From positions 16,663-80,662 of IMG/VR virus record IMGVR_UViG_3300032214_001462: DNA of 64,000 nt; one strand, given 5' to 3'. A model generated the notes under the pieces. That model saw nothing but the letters and a program-made list of their open reading frames with translations. It did not search any database and was not told the DNA's origin. Positions 46,396 through 55,508 of the stretch are shown here, one piece after another. The stretch is from a virus. Position numbers and translations under genes: made by a program. Position 1 is the first letter of the stretch; each line of letters opens with the position of its first letter.

Positions 46396-47508
46396 ATGGC
46401 AATCAAACTTAAGGATGCTGCTAAGTTTTTTGTAGAAGAAACACATCAAATCGCAGCATGGGATTGGCTCCAGTCTCGGGTTTCCACCGAAGACCTGGAG
46501 CTTTTTGCTGACAAATATCGCAATAAAGAAAAACCAAACGCAGAATTAGCTAATACATGGGAAGGAGTTGTTGCAGCTGCTAAACAAGCAGGTAGCAAAT
46601 GGCCCGAATGTGTTGCTGCCCAATGGGCACTTGAATCAGGGTGGGGTAAACACACCTCAGGTAAAAATAACTACTTTGGTTTGAAAGGATCAGGATCAGA
46701 AGTCAGTACACAAGAATTTATTAATGGCAAGTGGGTAACAATCAAAGCTGGCTTCCTTGATTTTCCCGACTTACAAACCTGTGTTTGCTACTTAGTTGAT
46801 CGCTGGTATAAAGATTTTGGTCGATTTAAAGGTGTCAATCGCGCAACCAGTAGGAATGAATGCGCTCAGTTATTGGTCAAGGAAGGCTACGCCACTGATC
46901 CAGCTTATAGTACAAAATTAATACAGATCCTTGACAATAAACTAGGCACACCTGGTGCCAACAGCAATGATGTAATCAATGAAAAAATACTTTCAGTTCC
47001 ATATGAATATCAATTAGACAATAAATCTGGCAAGGGATACAGAGAGTGTTTTTCATCTACTTGCGCAATGATTGCTAAATATTATGGAAAAGTTAAATCA
47101 GACGATGAATACAATCAAATTCGCTCCAAGTATGGAGACACAACTTCAAAAGATGCACAGCTAGCTGCACTGAGATCCTTGGGACTGAATGCAAAATTTA
47201 TTACGAATGGCAATCCCGCGTTACTTGAAAATGAAATTAGGAACGGTAGACCAGTTGCAGTTGGTTGGTTACATCAAGGAGTAGTATCAAAACCAATTGG
47301 CGGTGGTCACTGGACTTGCTGCATTGGCTTTACGCCAACACATTTTGTATTCAACGATCCAAATGGAGAAGCCAATCTCATTAACGGAGGCTATGTCAAG
47401 CACAGCCCTGAAGCTGGTAAAGGCGTAAAGTACAGTCGCAAAAATTGGCTACCAAGATGGGAGTGCGACGGAAAGAATACAGGCTGGGCAATACTAGTAA
47501 ACAAATGA
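46396..47508 (+). CDS. endolysin: GH73 glucosaminidase plus C39-like cysteine peptidase
   Basis: AQWALESGWG, NNYFGLK, GYATDPAY; ECFSSTCAM...GHW...NDP. Confidence 0.85.
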   Translation: MAIKLKDAAKFFVEETHQIAAWDWLQSRVSTEDLELFADKYRNKEKPNAELANTWEGVVAAAKQAGSKWPECVAAQWALESGWGKHTSGKNNYFGLKGSGSEVSTQEFINGKWVTIKAGFLDFPDLQTCVCYLVDRWYKDFGRFKGVNRATSRNECAQLLVKEGYATDPAYSTKLIQILDNKLGTPGANSNDVINEKILSVPYEYQLDNKSGKGYRECFSSTCAMIAKYYGKVKSDDEYNQIRSKYGDTTSKDAQLAALRSLGLNAKFITNGNPALLENEIRNGRPVAVGWLHQGVVSKPIGGGHWTCCIGFTPTHFVFNDPNGEANLINGGYVKHSPEAGKGVKYSRKNWLPRWECDGKNTGWAILVNK

Positions 47509-47666
47509 AGAAATATAAAGACAAACCAACACGCATTAACATGTGTTGGCAAATCGGTGATGAAAAAAAATGCGTGACTCTACCAAAAGAGCACGCATAC
47601 GAAACAAAAGATTGGGTAGAAGAACAAGGGGGAGTCGTCTTCTGGACTCAGGTCTTGCCTGATTGA
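47505..47666 (+). CDS. small hypothetical protein
   Basis: ATGA-coupled to the endolysin. Confidence 0.55.
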   Translation: MKKYKDKPTRINMCWQIGDEKKCVTLPKEHAYETKDWVEEQGGVVFWTQVLPD

Positions 47667-47831
47667 TCAGCGCTGCTTGGCACGACCGATAACTAAGGCG
47701 GCAATCTCAATTAACTTATAGAGCTTGCCAACAAGCTTGTCATCAGAAGGTGTCGGGGTCAATGCGCAAATGGCAGAAGCAGCTGCATGGATAGCGAGAG
47801 CTACTTCGAGATACTGGTTAAGGTGTTCCAT
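47667..47831 (-). CDS. 54-aa holin-like membrane protein (not in ORF track)
   Basis: ...AAASAICALTPTPSDDKLVGKLYKLIEIAALVIGRAK. Confidence 0.6.
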   Translation of the reverse strand: MEHLNQYLEVALAIHAAASAICALTPTPSDDKLVGKLYKLIEIAALVIGRAKQR

Positions 47832-47881
47832 GGTTATATTCCATTTCCTTAATTCTAAAAGTATATGTCTAAATTAAATAT

Positions 47882-47998
47882 CTAGACATCATAAATACGG
47901 CAGCCCAATGCACTTGGGTTTTGCTCACAGTATAAATGCCAAGGATGAGTTTGTTTAAGAGCTTTTTTACTGAAAATAGAAAGTAAATATTTAATCAT
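47882..47998 (-). CDS. cp12: 38-aa minimal CP12-like protein (not in ORF track)
   Basis: C-terminus YCEQNPSALGCRIYDV matches the CP12 C-x3-P-x4-C-x2-YD motif; ATGA-coupled to the upstream gene. Confidence 0.65.
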   Translation of the reverse strand: MIKYLLSIFSKKALKQTHPWHLYCEQNPSALGCRIYDV

Positions 47999-48750
47999 GG
48001 CCTATTCGTTAAAGGAACAAGGATTTCTGGGAACGGGTCAGTGTCTTGGTGCTCTCTTGCCCATACGGTTTTCCATTCTGACAGTGAATGATCATGGACC
48101 GTTGAGTAGTAGGCGTCATCCCCTGGCTCCAGGATAATCTCAAATTCATCAGTTTGCGTCTCTTGTAAGCACATACTCCCATCATTGTCTTCCAATTGAA
48201 ACAAAGATTGATTGTGTGGGAATTCAATAACAAGAGCTACGTGGTAATTAATTGGTTCATTGCGTGTAGAAGAAACGCAAATCAGATAGCTGCCTGCGCC
48301 AAGCGGATAGTAACGTTCATCGCCACGGTCAAGCCTAATTTGGTCGAATTGGTTATATAGATCTGATTGGGTATGCATCACCGTATTTAAATACGGGAAA
48401 TAAACAAACCCCTCTGAATCTATGCGTATTGAGTCAGCATCAAAAATTGAGTTTCCTTCAATTGGATTCTTGTTCAAGTCATAGGCAGACACTTGAATGT
48501 ACTGAGGTCTCGGCGGACCCTTCGTTACAATAATCCAAGCCGGTTGCTCAATGTTGATCTGGAACCAGTGGTTGTAAGTACCGCCGCCATAACCACCATT
48601 TGAGTTTTGATTGGTATCTGCGCGGCCAATAACTTTGTATTCAGGACCAAGGGATCCACTTAGATAGCGAATAGATGTTGAAGTAAAATTACCGAGCAGC
48701 AAAGGGTTGTCTTTTGTTCTTTGCCTTTGCGTTAGCTGGTTTCTTGACAT
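47995..48750 (-). CDS. hypothetical protein (beta-sandwich-like)
   Basis: HWFQINI...LGAGSYLICVSS pattern. Confidence 0.6.
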   Translation of the reverse strand: MSRNQLTQRQRTKDNPLLLGNFTSTSIRYLSGSLGPEYKVIGRADTNQNSNGGYGGGTYNHWFQINIEQPAWIIVTKGPPRPQYIQVSAYDLNKNPIEGNSIFDADSIRIDSEGFVYFPYLNTVMHTQSDLYNQFDQIRLDRGDERYYPLGAGSYLICVSSTRNEPINYHVALVIEFPHNQSLFQLEDNDGSMCLQETQTDEFEIILEPGDDAYYSTVHDHSLSEWKTVWAREHQDTDPFPEILVPLTNRP

Positions 48751-49448
48751 TCTATCTCGTAACACTGCTGATATTGATCATCATAAACCCGGCAATTCTG
48801 ATGCACCAAGGGATGTTGAATCGTTTGCTTGCGTCCACGATCCCTAAGGATCCTGATCTGGGTCTCATTTGAGATGCTTGCAAACTGCATCAGCTTTTCT
48901 GGTTTGAATTCGTAGTCAAATGGGCTGATGCTGGCAGGAGGAAATAAACGATTCCAGTTTGAGACCAGGTGTAAAGGGTTGAGACAAGTTTTGTTTCCGC
49001 ATACACGTGTTACGAACAGAGTGCCCACGTCTCCCCACGCGCATTGGTAGATGGCTTTGTGTGCGGTGACATTCGTTGCCTTATCCCTGGTGTAAAGGGA
49101 CCTATAGGAAGGCATGCGGATACGCTTTTCCGTTAGTTCAGGCGCCTCCCAGCAGTCTTCAAAGGGACCAACCTGGATCTTGGCCCACAGCTCCGCATAC
49201 CTGCCTTTGTAGTCCTTGTGCAGGTAGTTCAGGTCAAACCCACAGATGTTGTCGCGGATCCTGGTGGCGCAGTGGTAGCACCAGTGACCATCAAGAGAAC
49301 GGATGGTATGGCCATGGGCGCAGGGATAACCCTCATACAGGCCTTCCCGCGTCAGCTCGTCACCAGAGAGGGCATCAACGTCTGGAACATGACGGAAAAT
49401 ATCGTGCTCCTTTACCAGGTTTGCAATCTTTTTGGGGATATTTGCCAT
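48732..49448 (-). CDS. Zn-finger plus degenerate His-Cys/HNH nuclease-like protein
   Basis: CAHGH..CYHC; CWE; AHKAIY; VTRVCGNKTCLNPLHL. Confidence 0.6.
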   Translation of the reverse strand: MANIPKKIANLVKEHDIFRHVPDVDALSGDELTREGLYEGYPCAHGHTIRSLDGHWCYHCATRIRDNICGFDLNYLHKDYKGRYAELWAKIQVGPFEDCWEAPELTEKRIRMPSYRSLYTRDKATNVTAHKAIYQCAWGDVGTLFVTRVCGNKTCLNPLHLVSNWNRLFPPASISPFDYEFKPEKLMQFASISNETQIRILRDRGRKQTIQHPLVHQNCRVYDDQYQQCYEIECQETS

Positions 49449-49478
49449 GAATTGGAATCAGCTTGCCTGCTAGTAGGG

Positions 49479-49688
49479 CGGACTTTCCGACTTTACCCCC
49501 TATTTCATCTTTATTCTAAGAGGGGTCATACATTTCGAGGGTCTAGCCTGTATGGTTTTCTCATACTGAGACCAAATAAGTCTCATAAGACAGTAATCAA
49601 TACACCTTGCACCCCCAAAATGTATGCCCCTCGTACGATTAAAGATAAAACGACCCCCAAAGTCGGAAAGTCCGACCAAAGTCCGACC
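49479..49688. repeat. candidate replication origin: 16-bp inverted repeat of AAAGTC(G/C)G units
   Basis: CGGACTTTCCGACTTT (49479-49494) versus AAAGTCGGAAAGTCCG (49659-49674), plus a further unit at 49678. Confidence 0.55.
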
Positions 49689-49751
49689 GTTCTTCCCCTT
49701 ATCCACAACCAAACCGTGTCTCCCCTGGTACAAGCGAGACCAAAAGTCCAC

Positions 49752-49778
49752 AAAAAAGCCCCCGCAGAAGCGGAGGCT
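49752..49778 (-). terminator. intrinsic terminator of the primase-speD-GT operon
   Basis: AGCCTCCGC-TTCT-GCGGGGGC plus T6. Confidence 0.75.
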
Positions 49779-49802
49779 GGACTCGTTGTCTCCGGTGACA
49801 GC

Positions 49803-51071
49803 TTATACGGAAACGGCGAGCACTTCCTTGCGGTGACTCTTTTTCTTTTTCTTAGGGCCAGGAGGCTTGACTGGCAGCTCATGGCTTACCTCCTTCATCA
49901 CGTCCTCAAAGATGCCGCCAAACTGAGACGCAACCGTGTCCCATGAGAACTGTTCATCCGTAACACGCTTGTAGCAGGCCTCACCAACCTCTTCGCGAAG
50001 CTTGGAATCCTGGTACAGATCGTTCAAGATTTCAGTGAGGTGATTTGCAGATGGGCATGGCATCTCGCGTGCGTAGTTAACGTCCACATCAACGTGGTCG
50101 CAGCGGATCAGTTCACCGCAGCCCTCAAAAATCTCTTTGCATGATGTGTGGTTAGGCACTACTTGCGGCACCTTGCAGGCTGCGTGCTCAAAGTTAACGA
50201 GTCCCCAGCCCTCACCTTTACAAGTGTTGACACCTACATCACAAGCGTTGTAGATCGTGTTAAGCATTTCCACATCTACATTCGGAGGACCTTCCGTTTG
50301 CGTGGTCATAATGATGCGGCCATTTGGATCTAGACCAACCTTGGACATCTCTCGGCCAAAGACACCCATCACATCCCAGCCTTGGTCCTTCATTCCCATG
50401 TGCAGGTAAAGACGTGCATCAGGCTTATCGACAGCAAACTGAGCAAATGCCTGGATCGTGATATCAATCCGCTTACGGAATTGATTGCGATTCCCGTTGA
50501 AGACAATGAATAGGTCTTCCGACAAACCAAGAGCACGGCGACACTCTGCCTTGTCCTTGGGATAGAACTGACCAGGTGTTACGCCATGGGGGATGACGGC
50601 GATTGGGTTGCGAATGCCGCCCCTTACAAATTCGTGCGCACCAAATTCTGTATAAGAAACGATTGCATCCCAGTCATTGGCGGTCTCTGCTAAGCAGCCA
50701 ATCCAGCCATAGGAATCCATTGGGGCGTAACCAATGAATTTAAACTTGCCCTGCTTGTGAAGGTCTTGGATCTGCTGGTACTGCGTATTAATGATCCACA
50801 TGTCATTAATCGTGAAGACAATATCCGGCTGTTCACGCTCAACGACCTCTCGAATGCGCTGCTCACCAAAGGGCGCCGTCTGGAATCGATTAGAGGAAGG
50901 ATAAATTTTGAAGTCATCTTGCTGCTTACATGGATCACCCCACCAGTTATGGCCAAGAACTACGATTTCAAAGTCATCTTTCAATCGGGCGAGCACATTT
51001 TCAGTGACACGTGCAAAGCCAGTCATGGCTACGATGTCACCACACCATAAAATCTTTGTCTTTTTAGTCAC
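49803..51071 (-). CDS. GT-B (GT4-like) glycosyltransferase
   Basis: TGFARV, IPHGV, RNQFRKRID, EGWGLVNFE. Confidence 0.88.
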   Translation of the reverse strand: MTKKTKILWCGDIVAMTGFARVTENVLARLKDDFEIVVLGHNWWGDPCKQQDDFKIYPSSNRFQTAPFGEQRIREVVEREQPDIVFTINDMWIINTQYQQIQDLHKQGKFKFIGYAPMDSYGWIGCLAETANDWDAIVSYTEFGAHEFVRGGIRNPIAVIPHGVTPGQFYPKDKAECRRALGLSEDLFIVFNGNRNQFRKRIDITIQAFAQFAVDKPDARLYLHMGMKDQGWDVMGVFGREMSKVGLDPNGRIIMTTQTEGPPNVDVEMLNTIYNACDVGVNTCKGEGWGLVNFEHAACKVPQVVPNHTSCKEIFEGCGELIRCDHVDVDVNYAREMPCPSANHLTEILNDLYQDSKLREEVGEACYKRVTDEQFSWDTVASQFGGIFEDVMKEVSHELPVKPPGPKKKKKSHRKEVLAVSV

Positions 51072-51096
51072 AGTTAATTAGATATTCTCGGATTAA

Positions 51097-51456
51097 CTAT
51101 ACACAAACTTTAGGAGTGATTGAGCGTGTTATCTCTTTTTCTTCTACAGTAGTTGCCTTTAGTTTTTCACTTAAGAACCTAGCTGCCTTGTGGGTTTGTG
51201 TTGTATCGCCACACGTATAAAGATCAATTGCGCAATAACCCATCTCAGGCCAGCTATGAACAGATGCATGGGATTCAGCCAGAAGTGCAAGCAGGGTCAC
51301 GCCTTGCGGCTTGAACTTCTCACCAAAAATTCGCAGGATGGTCGCTTTTGCCATCACAAGAGAAGCTTCAAGTAATCGTTGAAGCTCCTCGTAATCATCA
51401 AGGATCTCTGGATCACAACCGTAGAGATCCAAAATGAGATGGCGGCCGTTGCTCAC
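51097..51456 (-). CDS. speD: S-adenosylmethionine decarboxylase proenzyme
   Basis: GRHLILDL, PQGVT, LLAESHASVHSWPE, DLYTCG. Confidence 0.93.
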   Translation of the reverse strand: MSNGRHLILDLYGCDPEILDDYEELQRLLEASLVMAKATILRIFGEKFKPQGVTLLALLAESHASVHSWPEMGYCAIDLYTCGDTTQTHKAARFLSEKLKATTVEEKEITRSITPKVCV

Positions 51457-54089
51457 ATGTCTAACGCGTTTTCATCCATTATCTCATCCGTAGTTGTTAC
51501 TATCGTGGATCCGTAAAACTCTTTATATTTCTCCGGATTCGCCGCTACTTCAACAATGGATGGATAGCCATCGTACTTCGTTTCATTTGCTTCCCTGACA
51601 GATGCATTAATGATGCGAAGTCCTTTGCTGTTCTTGACGCCATAGACATTGATCTTCAACTGATGACGGCAGATGTCAAGGAATAGTGGCTCAAAGCGAC
51701 CACGCGACATGATGCCGACATTACAACTACGGCAAAATTCAGCGTAGCTTGCATACAACCACTTGTTCCAGTTTGTGTAGTAACCAGAGCCACCACCAGC
51801 CTGGACCTTACAGAAACCAACAGGTGTAGAAGTACCTGGATCAAAAATTACTTTGTGATCCATCCAATCAAGCAGTGGATTAGAGCGCAGGCTTTGCGTC
51901 TTCTCATACTTCTGGAAGAAGCTGACGTTCTTACCCGTTTCCATCAGATAAGAGCGCATGTCATCTTCTGACATATCAAGAAGCCAGTTCACAAGACCAG
52001 GCAGCAAAGGAGCAAACACACCTTGTGGATTGCCCTTAGCGTCAAACTTGATCAATTCTTTTTGATCTGCCTGCCCTCCTTGGAATGGCCTATCGAAAGG
52101 AATTGTGAGACGACGACGTGCCAGTCCAGATGTGTAATCTGTCGACTGAATTGCTTCATTGGCAGTAATCATTACCATTCCGTGGTACTGGAATGGATCT
52201 TGTCCTTCACTTTGATACTTGCGTTCCGAGCGGATCCAATCATTACCGGTGATAGCTTTCAGTTTTGATACCGAGCCACCCCAACGATCTGCATCCTGGA
52301 ACAGCAAAAGTTTTTTACCCATGTAACTAGCGGCTTCAAACCTGTTCTTCTCAAGATTTTCAAAGTCAGTTGAATAGGTGTTTTGCTTACCGACCAGTGC
52401 TACTGCCAGGTTTGCGTAGGTAGATTTACCTGATTTACCAGGGCCTACGATCTCTACAAATTTTTGAATTTCGTAGCGACCAAGCAGTGTGGCACGCAAC
52501 CAAGCACGTAGCACTTGAGCACGATGCCAGCTGTCATGTTGAGTGTGCTTGAGCCAGATGATGATGTCTTCACATGTAGCCGATGGGTTGTATTCATATG
52601 GCATCTGTTGAGTCAGGTATAACTCACGGTCAAAATGAAGCAACTCCCTTGCCTTTACATCTAATACACCATTGGTGAACAGCAGGTAGTCAGAGCCGTC
52701 ATACCACTCATCAAATGGGATGATCGATTGCAATTGTGCGTACACATCATTCATCAGGTTCGTGCTAAACCCTTTGAAATTTTCCTCTGTATCGACCAAA
52801 ACCTTAAGTTTTTCCCGAATATCACCAAGCATTTCAATCTTGGTCATCGGTTCCCACAATCCTTTCCTGTAGTTGTAAGCAAAGAACTGGTTGTGGGGTT
52901 GACTGTAGCGGAGATTGCCTGTATACATGGCGAACACACGATCCGCCACGACATCAGATGAGAGCTTCTTTGGTTCCTCTTGGTCTGATTTGCGCTTTGT
53001 TTTTTCCCCAAGCATCTGTTGCTTTGTATTCCAACCCTCAATCATTAACGGAGTGCCGCTCTTTTGGGTATTCGCCATTTGTTTTAGATCCGAATCAATC
53101 TGCTTTGCCAATTCCGCAATATGCTCCAGTGTCTCATCATCAACATTCATCGCAAGATGCTCCTTGGATTCGCGCCATCCATTTTCCTGGGCGATATGAA
53201 TCAGAGAGCCAATACCACGACCACCATTGCGACTAAAAGAAAGCCAGCGTTTATGGCATTCCCCTTCTCGATATTTAGCCGACTGCTGGGACCAAGCATC
53301 CCACTCATCAAGTAGGGACTCATCCAATGAGTGTAGGGATTGCCCCACTGTGATCCAGATGTCGTAGTCATCACAAGCATCTGCGGGCATACCCCACATT
53401 GCTTCTTTAGCACGTTGGATATCACGGTCAAGATCAACTTCCATTTGGACGACAGAACCAGCTGTCACCATGCGTGTTATTTCACGCGCCGGCTTACCCT
53501 GCTTGACATTTTTATTGATGATGCCATTGAGTAACCAATCTGGAAATTCTGGCAGCTTATCAACCCACTCGAAACCAAGCCCTTCTCCCGTGTAATAGCC
53601 TTCAGTTTCTGGATGCACACCCATCAATACACCCTGGTGCCGCTTCCAAAGAATTTCAAGTTTTTCTTTGTTTTGCTCGCCGTGCCAGGTGTACTTATTA
53701 CGCAGAAAATGCTTGTGTTTATCGCGGGCTAACTTGTATAGCTTGCGTTCGCGCCCAACTTTACCGCTGAAAATAGTGAGAGTAGGCGGCAGTGCCTCTT
53801 GTAACGGCAGCTCACTCAGTTGTTCGACCAGTGGATAAACACTTGGACCATCAATATCAACCCAAATCAAGCCATAAGGATGGTTGTAGACTGGCCCGCC
53901 CAGCAGACCGATTGCCCTACAATCACCTGTTGTTAATTCCTCTTCTATTTCTTTAACACTAAATGGCTTGTTCTGCCAGCCTTGTACGTATGGATCTTTA
54001 TTTGCACCCAGTGGCGTCAGCGGCCAATCAATGGGAAGAAATTCAAGACGGATTTCACCAGGCTTTAGGGCGTATTGGTTTTGCGTCAT
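51453..54089 (-). CDS. primase-polymerase/PriCT-2/D5-type SF3 helicase
   Basis: VDID, WITVGQSLH...WDAWSQQSAKY, GPGKSGKST, KAITGND, ARRR. Confidence 0.9.
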   Translation of the reverse strand: MTQNQYALKPGEIRLEFLPIDWPLTPLGANKDPYVQGWQNKPFSVKEIEEELTTGDCRAIGLLGGPVYNHPYGLIWVDIDGPSVYPLVEQLSELPLQEALPPTLTIFSGKVGRERKLYKLARDKHKHFLRNKYTWHGEQNKEKLEILWKRHQGVLMGVHPETEGYYTGEGLGFEWVDKLPEFPDWLLNGIINKNVKQGKPAREITRMVTAGSVVQMEVDLDRDIQRAKEAMWGMPADACDDYDIWITVGQSLHSLDESLLDEWDAWSQQSAKYREGECHKRWLSFSRNGGRGIGSLIHIAQENGWRESKEHLAMNVDDETLEHIAELAKQIDSDLKQMANTQKSGTPLMIEGWNTKQQMLGEKTKRKSDQEEPKKLSSDVVADRVFAMYTGNLRYSQPHNQFFAYNYRKGLWEPMTKIEMLGDIREKLKVLVDTEENFKGFSTNLMNDVYAQLQSIIPFDEWYDGSDYLLFTNGVLDVKARELLHFDRELYLTQQMPYEYNPSATCEDIIIWLKHTQHDSWHRAQVLRAWLRATLLGRYEIQKFVEIVGPGKSGKSTYANLAVALVGKQNTYSTDFENLEKNRFEAASYMGKKLLLFQDADRWGGSVSKLKAITGNDWIRSERKYQSEGQDPFQYHGMVMITANEAIQSTDYTSGLARRRLTIPFDRPFQGGQADQKELIKFDAKGNPQGVFAPLLPGLVNWLLDMSEDDMRSYLMETGKNVSFFQKYEKTQSLRSNPLLDWMDHKVIFDPGTSTPVGFCKVQAGGGSGYYTNWNKWLYASYAEFCRSCNVGIMSRGRFEPLFLDICRHQLKINVYGVKNSKGLRIINASVREANETKYDGYPSIVEVAANPEKYKEFYGSTIVTTTDEIMDENALDM

Positions 54090-54274
54090 TGGTCTTGCGA
54101 GCAGTCTTCTACGGTTACTTTAAAGTTTTTATCAGGGAAAGAGCCTTCTTTTAAAAGAAGATATGCATGTAGATGCATTGTTGTGGGCAGATAAAAACAG
54201 TCCCCGTCTGCCGCATTCATCATGCGACTCATGAGACTATTCATCCACTCACCCGTGCAGACATTGATGTCCAT
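54086..54274 (-). CDS. hypothetical protein
   Basis: ATGA-coupled to the primase gene. Confidence 0.6.
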   Translation of the reverse strand: MDINVCTGEWMNSLMSRMMNAADGDCFYLPTTMHLHAYLLLKEGSFPDKNFKVTVEDCSQDQ

Positions 54275-54383
54275 GGTGAGGGCTCAGTTGTGTTCCCTTT
54301 ATCCTACGCGGACCAATCTGTGAAGGGCATCAAGAGATCGTTAAAATCTTGGAGTCTTGCAAGACGCAACTCAACACAGTGGT

Positions 54384-54530
54384 TTACCTATCTTTGTTTT
54401 CAAAATCTTTCATGATTGTTTGATAAATCTCGAGAGCATCTTTATTTTTTGCTGCTGCTTGCTCAACTGCAATTTGCCATGCGATGCGCTTGCGAGCTTC
54501 TTTTTTATTACTTGAATCGCAGTTTTTCAT
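54384..54530 (-). CDS. 48-aa hypothetical protein (not in ORF track)
   Basis: MKNCDSSNKKEARKRIAWQIAVEQ... Confidence 0.45.
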   Translation of the reverse strand: MKNCDSSNKKEARKRIAWQIAVEQAAAKNKDALEIYQTIMKDFENKDR

Positions 54531-54598
54531 CGCTTAAATAGATACTTTCTATCATGCTTGTCAGATGTAGACTGTAAAAGTAGGCAACAAAATGAAAA

Positions 54599-55252
54599 AT
54601 GGTTTCACCACGTCCTCGCTCAGGTAGAGATCCTCAAGAAGCAGCAAAGAGAAAAGAAGCAGTAGAAAAGCTAAAGCTTAAGAAAAAAGTTCCAGGGAAA
54701 GCGCCAAGTGATGAGTCTCGCGCAGCAATTCGCAAAGCTGCGCAAGAAAAAATTGAAGCTGCTAGAAAAGATAAGGCAGGTCCCAAAAGGGTCCCACGGG
54801 AAGAGATGATTGGTAACCGTAAAAAGCCTGAATCTGCAAATAAACCAGTAGGAAGGCCCGTTATTAAACCAGAGAAAAAACCTGCAGACCCCAATCAAAC
54901 TCCCAAAACAAACGATTACATTATCACTGAACGCGCCGAGAACTTTGGCATTTATCCTAATCAACCAGCTGTAATTCCACCCGACAAGCCAATTATTATA
55001 GCAGGTTATGCACCACAAAAACAAGGTCCTGTACCTCCAATGCAAAAACAAGGTCCTGTACCTCCAATGCAAAAGCAGGGTCCTGTTTCACCGATGCAAA
55101 TGATGCAAGGCATGGGACAAGCTAGTCCCAGTATGGCGCAACCTGGTCCTGCACAACGCGCAAATGCACAGCAATTACAAGCACGTGCTCAACAACTGCA
55201 AGCACGTTTAAATGCTGCCCGTGGTCAAGGTGGCCAACCTCGCTTCCGTTGA
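54599..55252 (+). CDS. basic Pro/Gln-rich protein with three QKQGPV.PM repeats
   Basis: 27-bp tandem repeats at about 55016-55096. Confidence 0.65.
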   Translation: MVSPRPRSGRDPQEAAKRKEAVEKLKLKKKVPGKAPSDESRAAIRKAAQEKIEAARKDKAGPKRVPREEMIGNRKKPESANKPVGRPVIKPEKKPADPNQTPKTNDYIITERAENFGIYPNQPAVIPPDKPIIIAGYAPQKQGPVPPMQKQGPVPPMQKQGPVSPMQMMQGMGQASPSMAQPGPAQRANAQQLQARAQQLQARLNAARGQGGQPRFR

Positions 55253-55256
55253 TTTT

Positions 55257-55508
55257 TTATTCATCTAACCAAGGAGCTCTTAGCCGCATCTCACCACCCA
55301 GTTGTTGAGATTCACCAGTCTGGAGCTCAGGATCAATAGGCTTCTCGCTATAGAGGGGCCTATTTTTTTCCTCTAATTCACGTTCAGCTTCCCATTGGTT
55401 TTCCCATTCGATCATTGTGAGCCGAGCCTTAAGCCTGGCTTCAAACCAAATTTTTTTCAGCCACTGAGTGACGGCTTTAATCACGTCGTTAAATAAGATC
55501 TGGATCAT
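55257..55508 (-). CDS. hypothetical protein
   Basis: 83-aa ORF. Confidence 0.6.
   Translation of the reverse strand: MIQILFNDVIKAVTQWLKKIWFEARLKARLTMIEWENQWEAERELEEKNRPLYSEKPIDPELQTGESQQLGGEMRLRAPWLDE

Noticed and set aside
49076-49946. Plus-strand ORFs across the candidate origin
   Set aside because: They overlap better-supported minus-strand genes, repeats and a terminator, and the translations are not protein-like
54384-54530. AWQIAVE as the missing CP12 AWD_VEE half
   Set aside because: Similarity too weak; no Cys pair; distant from the mini-CP12
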